From NCBI RefSeq assembly GCF_001194135.2, contig NC_068990.1, forward strand, positions 58,098,497 to 58,143,225: 44,729 nt of DNA, given 5' to 3'. Origin of the DNA: Octopus bimaculoides (Eukaryota). Made by a program: the position numbers and the translations under genes. Under the pieces are notes generated by a model. That model ran no database searches. It worked only from the letters and a program-made list of their open reading frames with translations, and had not been told where the DNA came from. Positions 35,390 through 44,729 of the stretch are shown here, in pieces. Numbering within the stretch: the stretch's first letter is position 1; each line of letters opens with the position of its first letter.

Positions 35390-35560
35390 TTTGGTGTGTT
35401 TACTCACCCACAACTTAGTGGTTAAGCAAAACCGATAAAATAATTACCAGGCTTAATAAGAAATAAGTACTTGGTGATTTTATTTCACTAAAAAATTCTT
35501 CAAGGTGGTACCACAGCATGGCCGCAGTCTAATGACAGAAACATGTAAAAGATAAAAGTT
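35390..35560 (+). mobile_element. SINE family A tail
   Basis: CTTCAAGGTGGTACCACAGCATGGCCGCAGTCTAATGACAGAAACATGTAAAAGATAAAAG. A shorter fragment lies at about 35945-36005. Confidence 0.75.
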
Positions 35561-36069
35561 ATGCAATTTCTCACTGAATTTCTCACAATCCATCCCTGCT
35601 ACATCCATACACCCATACAGACACTCAGCTAAGCGCCCTCATCTGACCATATGATCTTATGTTAATCCATTAGGCAAGGGACTGAGAGTTGCTTTGTTAA
35701 ACATGTGGTTAAGTGTAGAACGATTGAAAGGATGGGAAAAGGGTGAAAGGTGTACACTCGAACTTGGGAGAGTGAAGCACCGTCCCCATAACGGTGGAAT
35801 ATTCCAAAAGGACAAAAAGAATTTTCCCACATGAACTTACTTAACGAAAAATAGACAACTCCTCAAATTGTTTACTTTGAGTAAACATCATCACCGTCGT
35901 CGTCTCATCATCATCATCATCATCATTAACATAACTATATTCATCATCTTAAGGTGGCGCACCAGCATGGCCGCAGTAAAACAACTGAAACAAGTGAGAC
36001 TAGAAAAGCACTTGGAGAGTGCAGATAGATAGACAGATCGATACATACATACATACATACATACATACA

Positions 36070-36375
36070 GGCTTATGGATCAGTGGTTAGAGCGTCGGGC
36101 TCTCAATCATGAGGCATTGCGTTCGATTCCCGAACCGTGCTGCGTTGTGTGTTCTTGAGTAAGACACTCTATTCCACGTTGCTCCAGTTCACTCAGCTGT
36201 AGAAATGAGTCACAGGTGCCAAGCTGCATCTGCTTTTGTCTTTTCCGTGGATAACATCGGTGGAGTGGAGAAGGGAAGCTGGTATGTATGGGTGACTGTT
36301 GCTCTTCCATAAACGACCTCGCCCTGACTTGTGCAATCTGATAGTCATTCATGACCGAAGGGGAGATTTGCTCTT
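36070..36375 (+). mobile_element. tRNA-derived SINE, family C, near full length
   Basis: TGGATCAGTGGTTAGAGCG A-box region, GTTCGATTCC B-box; collinear with 40342-40675. Confidence 0.85.
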
Positions 36376-36392
36376 TACATACATAAAATAAG

Positions 36393-36428
<36 letters not shown>

Positions 36429-36739
36429 TGCATACACATGCTCTAGGTAGTCATATGACTGGTAACTTTGGGCGTATATTTCTGCCACTATAGGTAATAT
36501 CAAGAAATATTGTATTTATTTCACAAACTCAGAAAGGATGAAACGTAGAGTTGTCTTCAGCGAGAATTGACATCTGACTAAAAGACAACCTCAACTAATT
36601 CTAACATTTATTAAAACGAAAAAATCTTTATTAAGTGGGAAAAAAGCAGCCTTAAGTACCTTGGGAACCGATTGTCCGCATTCCGGTTTCTGTTCAGAAA
36701 GATACGAAAGTCTACGTTTTCTGATCTGTTTTGCTCAAG

Positions 36740-36940
36740 TGCTAGTAGTAGTAGTAGCAGCAGCAGCAGTGGTGGTGATGGTAGTGGTGGTAGTAAAAGT
36801 AGTGACGGTGGTGGTAATAGTTGTAATAGTAGCAGTGATGTGCTGGTGGTAGAGGTAGTAGTAGTAGTAGTCGAATTAGTCGTGATAGCAGTACTCGTAA
36901 TGGTGGTAATAGTAGTTGTAGTAGCAGGAGCAGCAGCATC

Positions 36941-36972
<32 letters not shown>

Positions 36973-37375
36973 CAGCAGCAGCAGCAGTAGCAGCAGCAGT
37001 AACAGCAGCAGTGGTGGTGGTGGTAGTGGTGGTGGTGGTGGTGGTGTTGGTGGTTTCGGTAGTAAAAGTAGTGACGGTGGTGTTAATAGTTGTAATAGTA
37101 GCAGTGATGTGCTGGTGGTAGTAGTGGTCGAAGTAGTCGTGACAGCAGTGGTGGTGATGGTAGTGGTAGTAGTTGTAGTAGTAGTGATGTTGCTGTTGTG
37201 GTTGTTGGTTGTGATGGTGGTGGTGTTGGTGGTGGTGGTGCTTGTGGTAGTAGTTGTAGTATTGAGGGTGGTGGTGGCGGTAGTAATGGTGGTTGAGGTG
37301 GTGGTAGTAGTAGTAGTAGTAGCAGTAGCAGTAGTAGTAGTAGTAGCAGCAGCAGTAGCAGTTGGAGTTCAAAAC
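36740..37375. repeat. (GTA/GTG/GCA)n array containing a 269-bp-offset duplication
   Basis: The block GGTAGTAAAAGTAGTGACGGTGGTG.TAATAGTTGTAATAGTAGCAGTGATGTGCTGGTGGTAG occurs at about 36790 and 37059. Confidence 0.9.
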
Positions 37376-37784
37376 AGTAGTTTTAGCGAGCAAATGATAA
37401 TATCAGTGCTTTGTAGAATACCGGTATTTAGTAGTTTTTCTCTGTGATTTCCATAAAGAGACTTATTTATTGGTGATGGATGGTGGAATTTGTATTGGTA
37501 GGGATATTGGTGGTGGTGGTGGTGGTGGTGGCAGCGGCGGCGGCGGCGGCGGCGGCATTGGCGGCAATGGTTGTAGAGTTGCTAGTAGCTTTCGAAAAGT
37601 TGAATTTAGTGTCAGAGGTGGTGGTTGTGGAGATAGTATTATTACTGGTTACGAATGTGGTTGGTGTTGGTGTTCGTTGTTGATACTGATGTTAGTTAGT
37701 TAGTGTGTGTGTGTGTGTGTGTGTGTGTATGATAGTAGGGACTTTGTTTGACCGGCTTCTTTGCAGCACTAACATCTCACTGTA

Positions 37785-38215
37785 GCCATCACCACCACAA
37801 CCATCCTCCAACAACAACAGCTACATCAACAACAAGACCAACACCACTACCACCACTACCATTACCACCACTACTATGACACCACCACCACCACCATTAC
37901 CCCAAAACCACCACCACCACCACCACCACAACCATCACCAACAACAACAACTAAATCAACAAGACCAACACACTACCACCACTACCATCACTACCATCAC
38001 CACCACCATTACACCACCACCACAAATACCACCACAAACACCACAAATACCACCACACCCACCACCACCATCAGCAACAACAATACCAATACCATCTCAA
38101 ACACCACCATCACCACCAAAACCATCACCACCGACACCATCATTACTACCACCGCCAACAGCGCCACCAGCAGCAGCACCACCAGCACCGCCTTCGCCAC
38201 CACCTCATCAACTAT
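37785..38215. repeat. (CAC/CAA)n array
   Basis: Read directly; source of the poly-P/H/T ORFs. Confidence 0.9.
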
Positions 38216-38751
38216 GAACCCCAAACCCCTACCATCGAAGCCGCCACGTCGCAGATGCCACCATAACTTGTCTCATTTCTCTCCTTCTACATAACCAGTC
38301 TATTCCGCTATTACGCTTGCCCCTCTACTTTGCACTCTTACACCAACGTAGATTGCTAATGGCTTGTATAAACCGACCAATCCTTGGCCATAAAATTCCG
38401 AACTAGTAGACACTACTGCCAAACCCCAACCCCTTTTTTCCCTGCTTCAATTTCCTTTTTCCTCCTTACAATGCCTTCCACCATCACCCCTCGTTTGATC
38501 CCACATCACAAACCACCAACCACGACACTTCCCAGCAACTATCCTTCCAGCACCCCAGCACCAAAAATATCGATGGTATCCTCTTGGTCGCTACTGATGA
38601 TATACAAGCTTCTCTGCTTCCCTTTCTTAAAAGCTTTTCACCTATTTTGTCTTCTCGCTGGAAGTTTCTTATTAAATATGTTTTCCTCTTGCTTTCTCTC
38701 TTTCTCTCTCTCTGTCTTCCCTCTGTTTCTTTATCTGTCTGTTTGTCTGGA

Positions 38752-38754
<3 letters not shown>

Positions 38755-38811
<57 letters not shown>

Positions 38812-38833
38812 CTTCTCTCTCTCTCTTTCCCCT

Positions 38834-38878
<45 letters not shown>

Positions 38879-38951
38879 CTCTATCGCTCTATCTATTTAA
38901 CTGTCTTTCTGTCTATCTATCTTTCAAGCTATCTGTCTGTCTTTCTGTATG

Positions 38952-39011
<60 letters not shown>

Positions 39012-39378
39012 ATCTATCTATCGATCTATCTATCTATTTGTCTGTCCTTTTGTACGTCCTCTGTCTGTCAATTTGTGTGTCAGTCTTTCTGCCTACATAT
39101 CTGTCCATCTGTCTGTCTGTCAGTCTGTCTATTTATCCATAGCTATCTATCAATCTATCTATCGGTCTGTGTGTCTGTCTGTTCGTCTGTATGTCCGTCC
39201 GTCTGTCTGTCTCTCTATCTATCTATCTATCTATCTATCTATTTTTTGTCTGTCTTTCGGTCTGTCTGCCTGTCTATCTGTGTGTCAGTCTTTCTGTCTA
39301 CCTATCTGTGTATCTGTCTATCAGTCTATCTATTTATCTATATCTATCTATCTGTATATCAATCTATCTGTTTGTCCG

Positions 39379-39447
<69 letters not shown>

Positions 39448-39575
39448 TTGTCTGTCTTTCTGTCCGTGTGTCTGTCTGTCAATTTGTCTGCCAGTCTTTC
39501 TGTCTACATATCTATCTGTCTGTCTGTCAGAGTGTCTATTTATCTATATCTATCTATCAATCTATCTACCGTCTG
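38755..39575. repeat. (CT)n plus (CTAT/CTGT)n array with a 205-206 bp higher-order unit
   Basis: The landmark CAGTCTTTCTG occurs at 39081, 39286 and 39492. Confidence 0.9.
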
Positions 39576-40341
39576 ATTGATTCCCCCGCACCGTCAACCC
39601 ATTTGTACATCCCTATCTCTCTTTGTTTTTTTTTTTGTTTGTTTCTCATGTGTCATCTCTCCCTCTCCATCCCCCTCCTCATTCTCTCAACTGTTTCCTA
39701 CATAGCTCTTAATTCTTCTTTTTCTCCATCCCTACAACATGCATCACCTACACAACTCATCATTCTACTCTCGCATCTTTCTTTCTCGTCTGTCTCATAA
39801 AACTGTCTCCCTACTGTTTTACTAACGTACTCTCCTCTCCCTTCATTCAGTACCACTCAACCACTCAACCACTCAACCACTCAAACCCACAAACTCGGTA
39901 CGCTATTGCCTAGTCTCATCTCCTTGTCTGTCTCTCTGTCTCTGTCTCACTGTCTCTATTTTTCTGTCTGTCAGTCTGTCTCTCTCCTCCTCATTCTCCC
40001 TCTCCAACCTTCAGCCACACTCTGACCAAAGAGTACCCATTCCCACCTCTTCTCTGTTACGAAACCTTTACTCATCGACCTAGCGATCTCGGATTTCCGA
40101 GTTCAGTTGCTCCTATTCTTTACTTGTATCTTTCCAATGAACCCCGAAGTTCCCTTGGTATAATTTTGTGCAGACCATTGCTAGTCCACCTGAGTTTCAT
40201 CTTACAACATCAACCAACAATACTAATACCGCATCTCACGTTGCCACTATTACGTTTCAACAATTCCAACCCAGCGCAATTATTTCAAGAGTCTAACATC
40301 AGTATATTCAAAAATAGTTAATGTTTATGACAGACTGAAGG

Positions 40342-40675
40342 TACATGGCTCAGTGGCTAGAGCGTTCGGTTCACAATCATGAGGTTGAGTTCGATTCCCG
40401 GACCGGGTTGTGTTGTGTTCTTGAGCAAAATACTTTATTTCACATTGCTCCAGTTCACTCAGCTGTAGAAATGAGTTGCGATGTCACAGGTGCCAAGCTG
40501 TATCTGCCATTGCCTTTCCCTTGGATACCACTGGTGGCGTGGAGAGAAGGAGCGGTATGCATGGGCGACTGCTGGTCGTCTATAAACAACTTTGCCCGGA
40601 CTTATACCTCGGAGGGTAACTTTCTAAGTGCAATCCCATGGTCATTCAGAGACCGAAGGGGGTCTTTACACTTTA
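40342..40675 (+). mobile_element. tRNA-derived SINE, family C, full length
   Basis: TGGCTCAGTGGCTAGAGCG A-box region, GAGTTCGATTCC B-box, central GTTCTTGAGCAAAATACTTTATTTCACATTGCTCCAG, tail GACCGAAGGGGGTCTTTAC. Confidence 0.88.
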
Positions 40676-41021
40676 CCTTTTTTATCATTATACATACCAT
40701 CCTCGCTACTGCGCTTCTACTATTTAAATCACATCCCGTGTCTTTAAAAAAAAAGCTGGGTGTGTCATTAAGGATTCCTAGTTGCAAAAAAACATGCTTT
40801 TGAACATACGTCTCCTTGATCACAGTCGACCTGAGGCTAGATAAGAGCAACTACAATAACAACGACCACCACGTCGAAGCTGACAACGGCAACAATAACA
40901 TCATCATCAACATCCTCATCATTTCCATCACCAGTGTTATTATCGCCATCACCACCACTACCACTACCTTCACTAGCATCATCATTACCAATATCATCAT
41001 CATTATTATACTCCAAGATCA

Positions 41022-41240
41022 GGCAGTGAACTGGCAGAATTGTTAAAACACAGGCGAAATGTTTAACGGTATTTAGTTCGTCTTTACCTTCTGAGTTCAA
41101 ATTCCGCAGATGTCGACTTTGTCTTTCATCTTTTCGGAGTCGATAAGATAAGTACCAGCTGAGTACTAGGGTCGATGTGATCGACTTACCCCCTCCCTCA
41201 AATTTCAGACCTTGTACCTTTAGTAGAAAGGATTATCATA
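41022..41240 (+). mobile_element. SINE-like family B, full length
   Basis: GGCAGTGAACTGGCAGAATTG...TTCTGAGTTCAAATTCCGC...GTACCTTTAGTAGAAAGGATTAT. Confidence 0.8.
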
Positions 41241-41287
41241 CTCCAAGAAACTCCATGAACTGCAGTTAAACAGCACAAGTACTTATA

Positions 41288-41492
41288 CTTTCTAGTATAG
41301 CTACAAATTTTGTTGGAAGATGGGGCGAGTCGATTGGATCGACGCCACGCTCAACTTGTACTTATCTTGCCGGCTTGAAAAGGGTGAAAGGCAAATTCGA
41401 CCACAGCGGAATTTGAACTCTGAACGAATAGACGGGAGAAATGCTTAGCGGCATTTTGCCCGGCATGTTGACGATTCTGCCAGCTCGCCGCC
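41288..41492 (-). mobile_element. SINE-like family B, full length, inverted relative to 41022
   Basis: Ends in ACGATTCTGCCAGCTCGCCGCC, the reverse complement of the family head. Confidence 0.8.
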
Positions 41493-41503
41493 TTAACAAT
41501 TGT

Positions 41504-41675
41504 AATAATCCTTTCTACGATAGGCACAAGGCCTGAAATTTAAAGTGGAGGAGGATAGTCGATTACATTGACTGCAGTGCTCAACTTGTACTTATTGTAT
41601 CGACTCCGAAAGGGTAAAAGGCAAAGTCGACCTCGGCTCAATTTGTAATCACAACGTAAACACAGACGAAATGCT
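41504..41675 (-). mobile_element. SINE-like family B, head-truncated
   Basis: AATAATCCTTTCTACGATAGGCACAAGGCCTGAAATTT...GGCAAAGTCGACCTCGG. Confidence 0.75.
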
Positions 41676-41927
41676 TTAAAGAGGAAACAGTAACATTCAC
41701 AATAACAGCAATGCAACGACAGAAGAAGAATAACAACAACAGTAAAACTACAACAGCAAATGACAACAAAACGAAGAAAATATCGAATGCAGCAATAACG
41801 AAAACTGTAGCGACAGTAACAATAATTACAACAACAAAAGCAAAACGACAACAGTTATCACTCAAACTATACATTCTCCCAATTTTAAAAAATTGCATGA
41901 GCAACATGAAGAATATTCATGAACATA

Positions 41928-42069
41928 GGCGCAGGCGTGGTTGTGTGGTAAGGAGTTTAGTTCCCAACCACGTGGTTCGGGGTTCAGTCCCACTGCGTGG
42001 TTGGTACCTACAGCAAGTGTCTTTTACCATAGTCTCAGGCCAACCAAAACCTTGTGAGTGGATTTGGTA

Positions 42070-42118
<49 letters not shown>

Positions 42119-42625
42119 TGGGTTGTCCGGGAAGTTCGTATATATATATATGAATTTCCGTCTATATATATATATATATATATTGGGTTGTACGGGAAGT
42201 TCGTGCCGATTTATAGTACCTTAACTTTCGACTTATTTGCCATGAAACCACCTAAAGTGGAGACGCATTGTCCTACAAAATGGCTCATATTTGGTTGATT
42301 AAAAATGTAATGGCAAGTATTTATTAACCTTTTTCTATCCATTAAAAATCGGCACGAACTAAAGGACAACCCAATATATATATACGTGTATGTGTGTGTA
42401 TCTGCGTCTGTGTTCATCTCACACTGCTGGTTGACAGCCACTGTTGGTGTGTTTACGTCCCCTCACTTAGCAGTCCAGTTGAAGAGACGAAGAGACTGAT
42501 AGAATATTGGTGCTAGGTTTGAAAGAGAATAATTACTGGGGTCGATTCATTCGACTGATATTTCTTGAAAGTGGTGCCCCCAGCATGGCCACAGTTTGAT
42601 GACGAAACAAGTAAAAGATAAAAGA
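41928..42625 (+). mobile_element. SINE family A split by a mariner MITE
   Basis: Head at 41928-42075 (GCGTGGTTGTGTGGTAAG...GGGTTCAGTCCCACTGCGTGG) and tail at 42385-42625 (GTGCCCCAGCATGGCCACAG...GAAACAAGTAAAAGA). Confidence 0.8.
42183..42374. mobile_element. Mariner-type MITE (192 bp)
   Basis: TIRs TTGGGTTGTACGGGAAGTTCGTGCCGATTT and (reverse complement) TTGGGTTGTCCTTTAGTTCGTGCCGATTT, flanked by TA. Confidence 0.85.
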
Positions 42626-42939
42626 AATAGATATATTCTTTGGAAATAAGACAGGATCCGCGGCTGAAATACTTTTCACCCCAGTTCTGCTCAGCCAAGG
42701 CTGACCTAGGACTAAACAGCAGAATAATCATCGTAGCCAAAACAACGAAGTTGCTTGTCTACGTGACAACTCGATGTGCAAAAATAGGCAGTTAAATCTG
42801 TGTCCAAAACAGTAATGCATTGTCTTAAAGAAGAAAATGTTATGACACAACACTGTCATTTTTAAACACAAAAATTGGGATGGTCAAGGCTAGAACGCTT
42901 CTTAGTATATAACTCAGCTTCAGTGGGTGGACGGTAGAT

Positions 42940-43210
42940 GGGACGTAATCCTCACCATCAACATCAAGTCCCTCCCCACTCAAATCATCAACGCCATCAT
43001 CATCATCATCATCATCATCATCACCATCATCATCATCCAAACCATCAACATCCTAAAACTTCATCATCAACGTCATCATCGACATCATCATCGCCGTCAT
43101 CATTATCAGCATCATCATCATCTTCATAACCATCACCATCATTATCCTCCTCCTCCTCCTCCTCATCATCATCATCATCATCAATAACAATGTACATCAA
43201 CATAGAAAAC

Positions 43211-43270
<60 letters not shown>
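42940..43270. repeat. (CAT)n/(CCT)n array followed by (GTA)n
   Basis: Read directly. Confidence 0.95.
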
Positions 43271-43734
43271 CGGCTGACATTGGTCACTGTCATTGATAAT
43301 GATGATCCCAAAGATAGCGGCNNNNNNNNNNNNNNNNNNNNNNNNNNNNNNNNNNNNNNNNNNNNNNNNNNNNNNNNNNNNNNNNNNNNNNNNNNNNNNN
43401 NNNNNNNNNNNNNNNNNNNNNNNNNNNNNNNNNNNNNNNNNNNNNNNNNNNNNNNNNNNNNNNNNNNNNNNNNNNNNNNNNNNNNNNNNNNNNNNNNNNN
43501 NNNNNNNNNNNNNNNNNNNNNNNNNNNNNNNNNNNNNNNNNNNNNNNNNNNNNNNNNNNNNNNNNNNNNNNNNNNNNNNNNNNNNNGGTAAGTTCATCTC
43601 TGCCTGATGGTATTGTTAAAAATGGCGGCCAAACAAAATTCGCAAACAGCTGCTGCCCATTAATTACGACAGTTAGACAGCGGTGACATCAGTGGAGCAG
43701 ACATGTCACAGCACAGCCCTACTGCACACATTTA

Positions 43735-43913
43735 GATAATGGTGGCGGCAGCGGCGGCGGCAGTGGTGTTGTTGTTGGTGGTGGTGGTGGTGGTGGGGAT
43801 GATGATCTTGATCATGATGGCGGTGACGACGACGACGATGATGACGATGATGATCATCGTGATTATGATGGCGGATGGTGGGCATGATTGGGTGGTGGCA
43901 GTTGTGGTGGTGT

Positions 43914-43945
<32 letters not shown>

Positions 43946-44069
43946 GTGGTGATGATGGTGATGATGGTGAACGTGATGATGATGATTGGTGATGGTAATA
44001 ATGACCAAGAGGTGATGTGAAAAGAGGGAAAGCAGGGTGAGAAGAAAGGAGCTATTAGCGGTGGAGACG

Positions 44070-44115
<46 letters not shown>

Positions 44116-44145
44116 AAAGAAGAAGAAAAGAGGAGAAAAAGAGGA
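43735..44145. repeat. (GAT/GGT)n array
   Basis: Read directly. Confidence 0.95.
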
Positions 44146-44269
44146 GGAGGAAGGAGGGAAGAGGAGAAAGAGGATGAGACTTTCGGTGGTATTGGATGAG
44201 GAGTAAGAAAATGGGGATGAGAAGAAATTTTAAAATTGTATAAGGGAGAATTGTAAGCAAGAAAGGTTG

Positions 44270-44620
<351 letters not shown>

Positions 44621-44729
44621 ATTAGCATTATCATTATGATTGGTAGTATTATCATGTTTTGGCTTTTCCCCCTCATCCTTCGTCCTAATGGCAAATAAAT
44701 GAAATCCTTATTATTATTATTATTATTAT

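Larger units (their letters stand above)
429..43586. other. 12 assembly gaps (N runs): 429-659, 1522-1531, 3849-4467, 5323-5745, 8484-8752, 9152-9161, 10040-10983, 13368-14019, 15112-15426, 20121-20526, 28051-28540, 43322-43586
   Basis: Read directly. Most gaps are bordered by (TA)n, (CA)n or (CTAT)n, typical of a short-read draft assembly. Exons could be hidden in them. Confidence 0.99.

Noticed and set aside
36075-36140. tRNA-like sequences (also 3705-3745, 9010-9075, 40345-40405 and 41930-41995)
   Set aside because: They have A/B boxes but no convincing cloverleaf and continue into SINE bodies, so they are SINE heads and not tRNA genes.
43270-43321. VTVIDNDDP resembling a Calx-beta or cadherin calcium motif
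   Set aside because: No pyrimidine-rich acceptor; it sits inside microsatellite-derived sequence next to a gap.
269-43607. Long ORFs containing X runs
   Set aside because: They are open only because N bases contain no stop codons.

Overview
This is AT-rich, microsatellite-dense eukaryotic DNA from a gappy draft assembly (12 N-gaps, about 4.6 kb, nearly all flanked by simple repeats). The repeat families resemble those of Octopus or other coleoid cephalopods; this is inferred from recall, not from a database search. There is no prokaryotic content, no CRISPR array, and no rRNA or true tRNA gene. Almost every ORF in the supplied track is an artefact of N-runs or microsatellites. Well-supported content: (i) about 25 copies or fragments of three tRNA-derived or SINE-like families (here A, B, C); (ii) decayed transposase and RT remnants: Tc1 (14.5-15.0 kb), an internally deleted mariner (19.2-19.6 kb), an L1/Tx1-like RT (26.6-27.2 kb) and an R4/Dong-like RT (34.3-35.0 kb); (iii) two TA-flanked Tc1/mariner MITEs; (iv) large tri- and tetranucleotide arrays, some with higher-order periodicity. 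A plus-strand multi-exon gene of unknown identity probably runs through the window; the best evidence is two phase-compatible exons at 27219-27284 and 27636-27730. The most interesting signal is a set of short non-coding repeats carrying minimal type I hammerhead-ribozyme architecture, typical of Penelope-like element or retrozyme termini. One family has three copies that all carry U instead of the near-invariant A6. Another sits in a fold-back whose inverted arms enclose an (AAT)n tract. Cleavage activity is untested, and every copy has at least one core deviation.
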